DNA of 64,000 bases from a virus. Both the position numbers and the translations under genes were made by a program. The stretch is from IMG/VR virus record IMGVR_UViG_3300014204_000020, positions 1,183 to 65,182 of that record; one strand, given 5' to 3'. Position 1 is the first letter of the stretch, and every line of letters begins with the position of its first letter. Of the stretch, positions 28,832 to 39,259 are shown piece by piece. Below the pieces are notes generated by a model, which searched no databases, was not told the DNA's origin, and saw only the letters and a list, made by a program, of their open reading frames with translations.

Positions 28832-29734
28832 TCATGACTTCAATTCCTCCATCAGTTTCAATTTCGCCTTTGCATGGCTCTCTTCCAGTAACTCCAGAAA
28901 CACTGCAAGAGAACACTTATCACCTTCCAAATACTCAGGTAAGGGAGCGTAAAAGTGTCCCCTGTTCTTGGCTACATATGGAATCTGGTCATCCTCGAAA
29001 TGATTTGTGAGGTATAACCGTCTCTGCATAGTACCCTTCTTGAGTCCTCCCGCTCCTGTAAGGTACAAGTGTAAAGTATTATCAAACCAAGCACATGCTA
29101 CCGCTGTTTTAGCCTTCCCTACTACATCCGGGCCATACAATGGCAGCCTGGAATTATCATCTGTTGCCTTAAGTTCAAGGGCTGTCCATAGTACATAAAT
29201 CCCTCTTAAACCCTTACTTTGAGCCACAAAATCCGCTATGCGTGACTGCACATTCCCGTAATGCGCCTGGCTTGGTGATCCGTAACTAGTGCCACCATCC
29301 TTGAAGTTTGCCGACTGGGCTGAGATCTTTATCTTGCCTGCTGCTTCCTGACTGTTAATATAGCTCATCATCCACTCACAGCTCTCTGTCATCGAGTCAA
29401 ACATCTCTCCACCTACATCAGACCAGTCTTTCTGCTGACTTGGTGCAATGAGGGGGGACTCAGGGTCATCAGGGTGTTCCGGCCAGTACCCTCTTGAGAT
29501 CTTGTCCATGGTTTCTACTGGGAAACTTCTGCCCCTGATGTAGGTGGCATCAATAATCCCTGCATCTATGGCAGGTTGAATCGAGGTCCACCCACCACCA
29601 CTGCAACTAGCCAGACGTAACTTCTTACCCATCTTCTTGTTTATGTATTTGGCCAGTTCCTGCCCTTGGGTGGTCTTACCCGCTCCACTGACTCCGTATA
29701 CCAATAGTGATTCTAAACATTTTGACGCTGCCAT
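28832..29734 (-). CDS. AAA_24 / Sak4-like P-loop ATPase (recombination)
   Basis: LLVYGVSGAGKTT, FDSMT, GPDVVGK, AKNR. Confidence 0.8.
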   Translation of the reverse strand: MAASKCLESLLVYGVSGAGKTTQGQELAKYINKKMGKKLRLASCSGGGWTSIQPAIDAGIIDATYIRGRSFPVETMDKISRGYWPEHPDDPESPLIAPSQQKDWSDVGGEMFDSMTESCEWMMSYINSQEAAGKIKISAQSANFKDGGTSYGSPSQAHYGNVQSRIADFVAQSKGLRGIYVLWTALELKATDDNSRLPLYGPDVVGKAKTAVACAWFDNTLHLYLTGAGGLKKGTMQRRLYLTNHFEDDQIPYVAKNRGHFYAPLPEYLEGDKCSLAVFLELLEESHAKAKLKLMEELKS

Positions 29735-29735
29735 A

Positions 29736-30053
29736 TTATTGTAAATCCTCCCTTCCCAGGTTCACTCCATATGCTCTTTCCGCTCCACAATCCATGCACT
29801 TATAAATATTCCTGACCCTTGTGCTGCTGTACTTCTCTCCTTCTGCGATCCACTCAACTGTGGTCTTCTTTGATCCATCAGGTCTGTGCTTACGATAACA
29901 TCCGCACTCACTACACATCAGGGTTGGAAGGTAAGCAGGGTCCGGATTATCCATCATTCTGTATATGGTGCATAACCCTGATCGTACCTTGTCATAGTCA
30001 GCCTCTATTTTGATATCCTCCTCACTCTTTGGCATTAAACCTCCTTTATGCAT
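29736..30053 (-). CDS. Zn-ribbon hypothetical protein
   Basis: CSEC...YKCMDCG. Confidence 0.55.
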   Translation of the reverse strand: MHKGGLMPKSEEDIKIEADYDKVRSGLCTIYRMMDNPDPAYLPTLMCSECGCYRKHRPDGSKKTTVEWIAEGEKYSSTRVRNIYKCMDCGAERAYGVNLGREDLQ

Positions 30054-30978
30054 GGGTTACAGGCTATACATAGTTTAGTAAACGCATTGCTGAATAGAGG
30101 GTCACACCATATGTTACGTCCACACTTTACACACTTGGCATTCACTTCATGAAATCCACCTATGCGTTCGGTGTTGCATACCACTGTTCTCAATTGTCCA
30201 GCTGCCAACATTCCTTGACCTATCTCTCTTAATTGTTTAAGGTGATCGTACTTACTTCTTAGTCTCAGCATTCTTCACGACGTTTACTTGGACCTGGTTT
30301 ACATCATCCACTATGGTACAAGGCGTCCTATAGTCATCCTTAATTTCCTTCAACAATCTGCCTGTGGTAAGTTCAATCGTTACAATCACTTTTCGTGGTT
30401 TCATTGTTTACTCCTTTTGATTGGTATTTCTGCCTTCATTTCCCATAAGTACACCGTAGGGAGAGATCCTCTTTTCTGTACTCTTCCATCTATAGTTGCC
30501 TGTAGCCCTCCAGCAACCATCATGGCACTTGCCAACGCCTTCTCTGCATTGTCAGCACCACCAGTAAGGTAATGCATCCCAGTACCCCACTGAATACTAA
30601 TCATATGCTTAGTTGGCTTACTCATTACTTCCTCGGATACACAACATAAGCACATACCAGAGTCAACACTATGTCCACTGCCCACATCACCTGTACCCTA
30701 CCATTGGTATTGAACACTGCAGCAATGGACACCCCCAACAGGAAGCAGGCCACCCAGTACAGCCCCCACCTTTTTATGAACGCCAGTACTTTCATTTTTC
30801 TCCCACCTTCCCTTTTGTAATTTCAATGTCGAACCCCATCACATTGAGCCACAATATGTCAGCTTCAGTCAGGTCCTTGAGTGTGATGGTGTACACATTC
30901 TTCTTCTTTCTGACTGCCTTGCCGTGAGGCGGTCGGCGAGACGCTTGATGCGTCTCTCCTCCCTTACTATACTTAGTG

Positions 30979-31338
30979 TTACTCATCATCTTTACCATCT
31001 GCCCTCAGGCCTGTATTGAGTATTACCTGCACAGCCCTGTCATCCCAGAGTTCAAGCATACTAAAGTCCTTTTCACACACAACTTCAAGAGCTTGCCCAA
31101 GGTATGTATAGCACCAGGATGTAATGTATCCTTTTGCCAAGGATACACTGGTCCCAGCATCCCTTGAGACTCTGGCTGTCATAATCTTTACTGTCCTACC
31201 TTCTCGTAGCCATTCTCTGACTCTGGCTACCATGGCTGGTATAGGCTCACCAATGTGATCTAGCCCTTTCCAGCCATGATATTCAGCCAGTGTCCCATCT
31301 AGGTCTACCCCTATCCAGCCTGTAGTGTTACTCATCAT
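30979..31338 (-). CDS. HAD-family phosphatase (PNK 3'-phosphatase-like)
   Basis: IGVDLDGTLA, IMTAR, K...LWDDRAV. Confidence 0.85.
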   Translation of the reverse strand: MMSNTTGWIGVDLDGTLAEYHGWKGLDHIGEPIPAMVARVREWLREGRTVKIMTARVSRDAGTSVSLAKGYITSWCYTYLGQALEVVCEKDFSMLELWDDRAVQVILNTGLRADGKDDE

Positions 31339-32482
31339 CCCACTCCCCCGGATGATGCGGTTCTCTCTCCACATACAATCCACTACCAATAGGATCATCT
31401 ATCTTCTTATAGCAGATATCACAGTAAATACATTTCTTCTTGTACTGATTACTGTAACAGTACCTATCCAATCTGGCCGGGAACACAGTAGCCATAATCT
31501 CATCGGCAGCTTCCTGAGTAGGCTTATCCTCAAACAGCATTATGTACGCTGCCTGTATTCTAGCCTGCCTTAGTGCAGTCTGCATCTTCCACTCTTCCAA
31601 CTCCCTGTCGGACCTGTATATGGTAGTACTGTAAAGCATATCCGTCACAACTTCCAAAGGCAGCATGTCTACCCACTTATCCATACCCATGGTATAGGTA
31701 TCAAACGCTTCCCAATCCTTCTTTCTGCCCAGGTTGGAATCAAACCCATACTCCTCTGAGCCAAACTCACCCTTCATCCTAAACGCTCTCACCAATGGTG
31801 AGTAATACGTATAAACTCCATCCTCTCCTTTCTTCTTGAACCCTTTATAAAGAAACTCCATCATCACCCCTGTAGGCTCCTTGCCATACTTATGCATCAC
31901 ATCCAATCCATGACTCAGAGTCTGTGTGCTGTACCTCCATGACTCCAAGTAGTCATCGTTAATCCAGCCGGTTGTCTTGAACTCCGGTCCGGCGAACAGT
32001 TCACCATCCACTTTACGCCTAAGCGTGCAGTCAGGCCTTGACAGTAACACTTGCCCTGGTCCAAACGGTATCTCCTGCTCCTCTTCAACCCCCAGAATTT
32101 CATATTCTTCCAAGATTGCAGGTAACCTATAGAGAGTCCATACCCTAGCCAACCCTTCCGCAAGTGCAGACTGCCGTGCCATCTCAAGTTCCAGACTGCC
32201 GGTCTCGGTTAGTCCAGCCTTCTCAACTGACTTCCTATACTCACCTTTCTCAACCTTACATATGGTATTAACCACTTCCACTGGAGGAACAGTCCCTAAC
32301 TGTTTAGCCTGTTGCATTACCATCTCAAGTATGGCATGACACAGACTACCTGTGGACTGATACAGGTCTAACTTCTTTAGTACTATACCTTTACCATTAT
32401 AGTAGTACTGTAGGAAGTTATACCTTGGACAATCTATATAAGCTTGGTCATGGCTTCTGCTGAATTTCCAGAGTCTACTCAT
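31328..32482 (-). CDS. PD-(D/E)XK exonuclease (RecB/Cas4-like)
   Basis: CPR..., G...H, E..., RPD, EFKT, Q motif, C-terminal C...C..C. Confidence 0.8.
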   Translation of the reverse strand: MSRLWKFSRSHDQAYIDCPRYNFLQYYYNGKGIVLKKLDLYQSTGSLCHAILEMVMQQAKQLGTVPPVEVVNTICKVEKGEYRKSVEKAGLTETGSLELEMARQSALAEGLARVWTLYRLPAILEEYEILGVEEEQEIPFGPGQVLLSRPDCTLRRKVDGELFAGPEFKTTGWINDDYLESWRYSTQTLSHGLDVMHKYGKEPTGVMMEFLYKGFKKKGEDGVYTYYSPLVRAFRMKGEFGSEEYGFDSNLGRKKDWEAFDTYTMGMDKWVDMLPLEVVTDMLYSTTIYRSDRELEEWKMQTALRQARIQAAYIMLFEDKPTQEAADEIMATVFPARLDRYCYSNQYKKKCIYCDICYKKIDDPIGSGLYVEREPHHPGEWDDE

Positions 32483-33410
32483 AATAGGTAACCCCTCTCA
32501 CGATTAATATCTTTGGCCTTATCAGCACAGTCTATGCATACTGTCTCTCCACCACCTACGCCATAGTACAGTACTCCATGTTTTTCATGCCCCCCAAACA
32601 TCTCTCCACAAAGTGGACATGGAAGCCAATAGTAGCCACCCATACTTGCTATCAAGTGCTGTAACCATCTTGGCCGTGATTTCTTACTCACCTTTATTCA
32701 CCATCCCATAATGAGCATCCAATGCCCTTTCTACCGCATTCATCACAGATCGTTTGGTGCCATACACATAAACCTTGCCATCACCCTCTATTGCATAACA
32801 CCACGATCCATCAGCCTCTTTCCAGACACTCACTTTAAAGTTATCCATGTTAATTGATCTCCTTGTAGATTTGTTGTAACTTGTTAACAGCGTTAAGGTA
32901 CCAGTCACCACTCTTACTGCCTGACATCTCTCTTACTTCATCAATTGCACTCAGTAACTCTATAAACTTAACCTGCCTCTCCAGATTTGCCTTGGCTGGA
33001 ATATGCCCTATTAACTTATTTATTTCCTCATGTATCTCATGAATAGTTTCAGTAACATTTCCATGAGGTGAGTTTATGTGAGGCATCAGTGAACCCTGTT
33101 CCACTCAGCCAACCCAAACTTCAACTCCCCTACATACTCTATCCCAGACATTGCCTGCTTACACAGAAGGGCCATTAACAGATATTCCTGCCTGATCTTA
33201 AACTTGCATACCATGTTCAATGCTTTGCATATGGTATGCAGATGTAACGGTTCACCATACTCCCTTAAGGCATCAGCCACTATCTCCCTGACTTGATTAG
33301 AGTTGGTCCTACTTGCCTTTTTGCAAGGCTTTACCTTAGGGCATGTCTCCATAATAAGAGGCCAGCCCGATAGATGGACACCAGTCTGCATTGCGGTTCT
33401 CCTTTTTACC

Positions 33411-33593
33411 TTAAAAATCCTCCAGCCAGTCCAGCAATTGGTTCCTAACCATAGTGGCGACTGGAAGTCTCTTGGAGGCAGAAACCCCTTTAAGTTTAGT
33501 ATAGGCACTGCCAGGGAGCTTGACGCATATAGCGTTTTTCATAGCATTCCTCTTTGACGGCCTTCCTCTGCTTTTGCGGGATTTTGTCTTCAT
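33411..33593 (-). CDS. Small DNA-binding regulator (AT-hook + ribbon-helix-helix-like)
   Basis: RGRP, ICVKLP..AY..L.....MVR; directly downstream of a consensus promoter. Confidence 0.55.
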   Translation of the reverse strand: MKTKSRKSRGRPSKRNAMKNAICVKLPGSAYTKLKGVSASKRLPVATMVRNQLLDWLEDF

Positions 33594-33600
33594 GAAAATC

Positions 33601-33629
33601 AATATAAACCCTAATAATAAGGTTGTCAA
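33601..33629 (-). promoter_or_regulatory. Sigma70-type promoter (leftward)
   Basis: TTGACA (33629-33624), 17-nt spacer, TATATT (33606-33601); AT-rich upstream. Confidence 0.75.
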
Positions 33630-33715
33630 TAAGAAAATGAAAAAATTTGCGAAAAATTTTTTTGAAAATTTTTGAATATCATTTATTAATGAAGAAACAT
33701 TAACCGTAAAGCCCC

Positions 33716-33744
33716 TTGACACCCTTTAAATATAACCTTAAAGT
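33716..33744 (+). promoter_or_regulatory. Sigma70-type promoter (rightward)
   Basis: TTGACA (33716-33721), 17-nt spacer, TAAAGT (33739-33744). Confidence 0.65.
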
Positions 33745-33830
33745 AACAAAAGTATCAAGAATTCAGTTTACAAGCAGTTTCACCTTTTCTTCAGCTTTGG
33801 CCAGCTGAGGATTTTATTAACCACAGCACC

Positions 33831-33877
33831 GGGGCCTCAGTTACCTCTATCGCTGAGGCCCCTTGGAGATAGAGGAG
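33831..33877 (+). promoter_or_regulatory. H-type pseudoknot overlapping the helicase RBS
   Basis: Stem GGGGCCTCAG/CTGAGGCCCC; loop CCTCTATC pairs with GATAGAGG (33868-33875), which overlaps the GAGGAG SD. Confidence 0.6.
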
Positions 33878-33883
33878 TTATCA

Positions 33884-34906
33884 ATGAAAAACCCTAAGTT
33901 TCATTCAGTTACAGATCCTGAGCCACTTGAAGACCTTATTCCAGGGTTGGCTCCAAAGAATCACATAACTATCCTAAGTGGGGACTCTTACATAGGTAAG
34001 ACCCGTCTTGCATTAAGGATGGCAGAAGCATTTTCTAAAGGTATGGGATTCTTTTGGGAGCCTTTGCCTCCAATGAGGGTAGGCTACTTTAGCGAAAGGA
34101 GTGCTTCATCTGTTGTACGACAGTTAAATGACCAGGGTATAGACCTAGAATACGTAACCTTTGTAACTTTACTGGACTTACCCATCGAAGAATCCAACGA
34201 ATATATGGCTAAAAGCCTGACTTGGCTCAACAGTATTCTCACAGAACACAAATTCGACGTTATATTCTTAGACACATTTGGACACTTTCTTCCTGCCTAT
34301 GCTCGTTCCAAGGGTGCCATGAACGATTATGGCCTTATGACCAAGGCTACAATAGAGTTACAGCGCCTTTGTATGAATCACAAGGTGTCTCCAATCTGTT
34401 TGTACCATAATGCCAAAGAAAAGGTTGGTAGTGAGTTTAAAACCTTCAAGGCTAAGGTATCAGGAAGCGCTGCCATCTCTGCCAATACTCTTGCACTGTG
34501 GTCATTTTCGGAGTACTCTGGTGCTATAAGCAAAGAAGACCTAGAAGAATCAGTACAATACAGACAACTTGAAATTGCATATCATCATGCAGCAGACCAA
34601 ATCCTATACTTTCGCACCTTACCCAACGGTTCATTCATTAAAATCCCAAAAATAGAAGCTGACACACCTCAGGAGCAACGATCAACCAAGACCGATGAAG
34701 TCCTATCCTTGGTGCCAGAAGATGGCATAGCCCGTGCAACCCTGATTGAAAAATTACAGACAGAAGCAGGACTCACTAAGGGATATGCTAAGACATTAGT
34801 AAGTCGTGCCCTCAGTTCCAATAAGTTGTTTATAGAACATATAGATAGAGAAGAATTCGTAAAAAGACGACTCCTGACCCCAGTAAAAAGTGAGAAAACA
34901 GTGTAA
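33884..34906 (+). CDS. RecA-family (AAA_25 / RepA-like) helicase
   Basis: LIPGL, ILSGDSYIGKT (Walker A), YFSER, IFLDTF (Walker B), YHNAK, SGSAAI. Confidence 0.8.
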   Translation: MKNPKFHSVTDPEPLEDLIPGLAPKNHITILSGDSYIGKTRLALRMAEAFSKGMGFFWEPLPPMRVGYFSERSASSVVRQLNDQGIDLEYVTFVTLLDLPIEESNEYMAKSLTWLNSILTEHKFDVIFLDTFGHFLPAYARSKGAMNDYGLMTKATIELQRLCMNHKVSPICLYHNAKEKVGSEFKTFKAKVSGSAAISANTLALWSFSEYSGAISKEDLEESVQYRQLEIAYHHAADQILYFRTLPNGSFIKIPKIEADTPQEQRSTKTDEVLSLVPEDGIARATLIEKLQTEAGLTKGYAKTLVSRALSSNKLFIEHIDREEFVKRRLLTPVKSEKTV

Positions 34907-35120
34907 CTCTGTAACTTAGTATTCACTCACAAGAGTTACACACCCCCCAAAATGCCCAAGTGTAACTCAAAAGTGTAACTCTGTAACTATCTGCAAACAC
35001 AGTACATGCAGGAACGAGTTACAGAGTTACACTCTAAATACTCTATATCGGTAAAGGCATCCTTCGGAATGAGTTACACTTTGCAGTTACACTATGGTTA
35101 CACGAGTGTAACTGTAACTC
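34901..35120. repeat. Iteron-like TGTAAC repeat field, putative replication origin
   Basis: 13 GTAAC/GTTAC cores in both orientations, including the 17-bp inverted repeat AGTGTAACTCTGTAACT (34972) / AGTTACAGAGTTACACT (35017). Confidence 0.7.
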
Positions 35121-35830
35121 TATAGGAAGTTTGATACTAGGTACCTAGTTTCTACTCCTTACATTGCCACCGCTCAACACTGAAAGCATCTCTGCAACTC
35201 CCGATCAACCTACCATCCTTTGTCAAGCCAATGATGCTCACTATCTCTCCACATATTGGGCACAGGTCCTCTAAGTCCTTATGCACATAGTCAGGGTCCA
35301 GCTCCTGGGCAAAGCCTCCATCGTCTAAGGTCATTTCACAATCTCCTTTCGATCAATAAGGCGGCGTCCGCCATAAGGTTTAACCTCATACAGGTCAGCA
35401 TCTTCTCCAACTGGCGTGTTCCTATCTCGTAGCCATTGATAAGGTTGCAGCACTTTTACCTTACCATCCCTTCTCTTAAGCTGCAGCACTCTGTTGCCCT
35501 TCTCCAATGTGATCATGCCCTCTTAACAGCCCCTCCATTCGGTCCACATTCACCATCAATATACCCTAACCATATTCCACGATTGAAGTTAGGGTTACAT
35601 TCCCTACAAAAGTTAGCCAACATAACTATTTGCCTACCTGTAAATGGCTCTCCTTGCCTGGAGAACTCCTTGATGTAGTCAGCTAATTTAATAAAGTCCT
35701 TCTTGGTCATACTCATGGTATTCCTCCATTGGTTATACATACTGTAAGTACGGTTCAATTACTATTAAGTACGGTACCTATAAGTACTATATAGTAGTAT
35801 TAGTTATAGTAGTAAAGGTATGTAGAAGAC

Positions 35831-35868
35831 AAAAAAGAGGACATACCCATTTCTGGACATGTCCCCTC
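35831..35868 (-). terminator. Intrinsic terminator
   Basis: Hairpin GAGG(GG)ACAT/ATGTCC(CC)TC followed by U6 on the minus strand. Confidence 0.6.
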
Positions 35869-35945
35869 GCTACCCAGGCTGTCAACGACACTTAGCTGGC
35901 ATGGCCTGCTGCAGCAGTTGGCACAGCACCTGGTTGGCTACTCCG

Positions 35946-36386
35946 CTACTTCTTTGCCTTTGCTGCCTTTCTTAGTATTTCCTTAGCTATTTTCCAACTA
36001 TTCTCATCACTGTATGCTCTTCCATGAATGTAGAATGTATTGTACCTACCACTAACCAAAGCAGCCTTACTTAAGCTATGTAACCTTCCCTGCTCATCAT
36101 AGTGTAGCTCTTTGTACATTCCTCCTTTCTCCATCATGTTATTCATCTTTCCAGCTTTTATGGCTTTGGCTATTACTGGGGGAATCTTATAAACTCCTTC
36201 ATTATCCCTGCCCCAAGCCTCAGGCTTGGCATCTCGTATAGCAGCATGGCCAATAACATCATCCCAATCTAATTTTGGCTCTTTCCTCATAAGCTTCTTG
36301 CAGTCTGCATCCGTCAGGAACCATATTACCTTCTTCCCTTTAACCTTACCTTCTATCCAACTTACGAAATCACACACCCTAAGCAC
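35946..36386 (-). CDS. Hypothetical early protein
   Basis: Co-oriented; CDFVSW...GHAAIR; G.LHS...A repeat-like segment. Confidence 0.6.
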   Translation of the reverse strand: MLRVCDFVSWIEGKVKGKKVIWFLTDADCKKLMRKEPKLDWDDVIGHAAIRDAKPEAWGRDNEGVYKIPPVIAKAIKAGKMNNMMEKGGMYKELHYDEQGRLHSLSKAALVSGRYNTFYIHGRAYSDENSWKIAKEILRKAAKAKK

Positions 36387-36804
36387 CTACCTTAGCTACT
36401 GAGTCAGCCTTCAACTTAAACCCATTAAAATTGCGATTCAACTCTTTGGAGTGCTTATAAGTATAATATGCTATTGTACTTATAGGCATTCCTAGCATGT
36501 CGGCAATATCCCTGTTTCTCAACTCCTCTGTAGCACCTGTTAGCCTTTCAAGAATCAAAGGCCACACCACTTCTTCTCCTCCATGGTTATGTCCAGATTT
36601 TTTCTTGTACTTGCGTTTGGTAGTAGACTCAAACGCTTTCCTTACATCAGACGCCAAATGCGTTGGTTTCACTCCCTCAACGCTAATAGTTGGCTGTTTA
36701 CCAGTAAGTACCAGTTCTGTAAGGGCAGCCCTAAACGCCCCTAACCGTTTGATCTCAAATTCTACGTCAGCCAGCAACTTACCTGCTGACTCATAAATGT
36801 CCAT
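36379..36804 (-). CDS. Hypothetical protein with C-terminal HTH
   Basis: AAGGAG RBS; NRDIADMLGMPISTIAYY. Confidence 0.6.
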   Translation of the reverse strand: MDIYESAGKLLADVEFEIKRLGAFRAALTELVLTGKQPTISVEGVKPTHLASDVRKAFESTTKRKYKKKSGHNHGGEEVVWPLILERLTGATEELRNRDIADMLGMPISTIAYYTYKHSKELNRNFNGFKLKADSVAKVGA

Positions 36805-36818
36805 TTAGTTCTCCTTTT

Positions 36819-36897
36819 ACTACTAACTATAAGTATATATATATATATATATATAGTACTATAACTATAACTATATATAGTACTTATAGTTAGTAGT
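36819..36897. repeat. AT-rich 17-bp inverted repeat enclosing (TA)11
   Basis: ACTACTAACTATAAGTA ... TACTTATAGTTAGTAGT. Confidence 0.85.
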
Positions 36898-37336
36898 TAA
36901 TAGTTAATAATAGTAGTTAGTGTCACCTATTCCACCACCCACGTATGCACTCTATACATACCTCCACTAGTGCTACTGCTAGTGCTATGCCTAACAGTAG
37001 GTTTATAATTAAAGCCTCTACTATCTTCCATACTAAGGGCTCTTTTATAGGGTTACTCTCCCCACTCATTCCTTTACAACCTTGTCATATACCTTATCAA
37101 CAGTACCCTTAGTGTCCTTAGTGTCCTTAAGAGCCTTAAATATAGCCTCATTTACCTTACTGCCAAACTCCATTAGACCCTCATCACTATTAAACCTTAG
37201 CGATACCATGCTTAGGTCAGAGGGTATACCCTCAACTATGTTAGGGAGGATATCTAAGCTTATGGTAACCTTATCCTCATCCTTGACTATCCCAGCTTCT
37301 ACTCTATACCTACCTCCATTAACTATAACTACTATA

Positions 37337-37621
37337 TTACTCATAGGTTTTAGTCATCTTTCCTCCACTTTTCTGGATTAGTCCAATCCATTTCTTATAC
37401 CTATCATAGTCACCCCAGCAATCACTTGGAAGCTCCCAATACACATACTCAACAATTGCTCTGAGAGCCTCCAGGCTGCGTTCATCTCCTCTATGCATGG
37501 TCTCCATAAGGTCGTTGCATAAAACCGCCCTCAGGAAGCCTCCAACTGGAGTATGATCCCTCTCATAGTTCTTCAATCCCCTCAATATTGCAGGAGGAAT
37601 ATCTTTTTCACCATGGCTCAT
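37337..37621 (-). CDS. Hypothetical phage protein
   Basis: GGFLRAVLCNDL...LPSDCWG. Confidence 0.65.
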   Translation of the reverse strand: MSHGEKDIPPAILRGLKNYERDHTPVGGFLRAVLCNDLMETMHRGDERSLEALRAIVEYVYWELPSDCWGDYDRYKKWIGLIQKSGGKMTKTYE

Positions 37622-37630
37622 GTCTATGTC

Positions 37631-37975
37631 CTAAGCTTCAACCCTAAACGTTGCATCTGGGTTTAATAGTGCCCACCCCAATAGCACATTAAGGGCATGT
37701 CCAGCATTACCTGGAGTAGGAGCCCAGTAATCTCTCTTATATTCTTTAGTACCTAGTTTATGCACTAACTCTCCTAATTCCTCCACTACATATCCGGCTT
37801 TCTTTCCATCCAAACTCTTTAATGTAAATCCAAATAAGTAGTACACTTCACTATAGTTATAGGTAACAGACATCTCTGCCTTTGGACTACCACCAATCAT
37901 TACAGTGCCTCCCTCAATATGAGGATTAACCCTACAAATCTCTCCATCCTTTTCTAACCATACATCATAGCTCAT
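37631..37975 (-). CDS. Hypothetical phage protein
   Basis: MSYDVWL...VTYNYS...YWAPTPGN. Confidence 0.65.
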   Translation of the reverse strand: MSYDVWLEKDGEICRVNPHIEGGTVMIGGSPKAEMSVTYNYSEVYYLFGFTLKSLDGKKAGYVVEELGELVHKLGTKEYKRDYWAPTPGNAGHALNVLLGWALLNPDATFRVEA

Positions 37976-38409
37976 GTCCTAATTCTTATTCTCACCCTTA
38001 TCTACAACCACATCTTCCTTACTAACTCTTCCTATATACCCTTCCACATAGTAACTAACCTGTAATTCGTCTGTACTACTATATACATAGAACTTATTCT
38101 TATAGGTAAGGATATCCATCTCTGCGTATTCGCACAACTCATCCTTCACTGATATAACCTCTTTACCATCAGCACTTACTAAGACTATATCTACTGACAT
38201 GTTCATTGTTGAGAACCTCTTAGTTTATTGATACTCTTATTCAGAATATCCAGTTCTCCCTGTACCTTCTCTAAGTCACGCTTTACACTCCTTAACTCTA
38301 CTTCTCTATTATATATTGCCCTCTCTAAGTCCTTAATCCTACCAACCTTATAATCCTTGTCCTTCACCAACAATGCTATAGCATAGTTAGTAACTTCTTT
38401 GTCTTCCAC

Positions 38410-38829
38410 TTATACTCCCTTCAGTAAGTATGATAACTTTTCTAGTATAAACACCTTAGGAGCTATCCAAATACTTACTAGACTCTCAATAGCCACTAAA
38501 ACTCCAATAGTACCCATTGTGTGCATACATATACCTATTAGAAGCCCTGCCATACCTAGTTCGACATCCCACTCATCCTTGTTCTTCCAGCATGCACTCC
38601 ACAACAGCCACCCGCTTACTCCAATTACAATCCATAGCCCAAGTAAAAAACTCCACTCCCATATCTCCTTATGTATATACTGTGTAATAACCAAAGGTAC
38701 CTGTTCCTTCCCAACTTCTACAGCATCCTTTAGGTACCTTAGCAGCTCATCTGATACCTTCTCTACAACTTCTGCAGCTCTATCTGCTGCTGTACTTGCT
38801 GCTTGTTCTGCTGCTATAGTAGTATTCAT
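38410..38829 (-). CDS. Membrane protein (2 TM)
   Basis: Two hydrophobic segments; ends IAPKVFILE. Confidence 0.65.
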   Translation of the reverse strand: MNTTIAAEQAASTAADRAAEVVEKVSDELLRYLKDAVEVGKEQVPLVITQYIHKEIWEWSFLLGLWIVIGVSGWLLWSACWKNKDEWDVELGMAGLLIGICMHTMGTIGVLVAIESLVSIWIAPKVFILEKLSYLLKGV

Positions 38830-38872
38830 CCATCATACTCCTTCCATATACATAGTTAATATTATACCTCCA

Positions 38873-38916
38873 TAAAAAAAAGGCCCCCTATACCTGTTAC
38901 AGTAAAGAGGGCCTTT
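38873..38916 (-). terminator. Intrinsic terminator closing the Ubl operon
   Basis: AAAGGCCC(T)CT...AG(G)GGGCCTTT followed by a U tract on the minus strand. Confidence 0.75.
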
Positions 38917-38952
38917 ATTACTATATTACTAACTACTACTTACTACTACCTC

Positions 38953-39159
38953 CTAACGTCCACCTTTGATCGCCGGAACCAGGGTAATCATGTCTCCATT
39001 GTTCAGACTCTCACAGGGAGTACGTCCGTTCACCCTTACCTGGAATCCATCCGCACTCATACCAGCGGCCTCGATGGCCTGGTCAACAGTTGCAGCATCA
39101 TCCAGAAAAAGTTCAACCACGGCACTTCCCAACTTTGCCACTTTAACAGTCTTGCTCAT
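38953..39159 (-). CDS. Ubiquitin-like (ThiS/MoaD beta-grasp) protein ending GG-R
   Basis: VKV...ATVDQAIEAAG...VRVNG....LNNGDMITLVPAIKGGR. Confidence 0.88.
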   Translation of the reverse strand: MSKTVKVAKLGSAVVELFLDDAATVDQAIEAAGMSADGFQVRVNGRTPCESLNNGDMITLVPAIKGGR

Positions 39160-39259
39160 TTTTGTCTTCTCTTTCTTCCCTTAAGGGAAATTGTAAGTTT
39201 ATTGTTAGTTAACTAATTATAAAAGTGCAGGGGCTACCCTGCTGTACTACGCAACACTC

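Noticed and set aside
34901-35120. CRISPR array
   Set aside because: Repeats are short, in both orientations and irregularly spaced; no cas operon. The 31328 nuclease is a typical stand-alone phage PD-(D/E)XK exonuclease.
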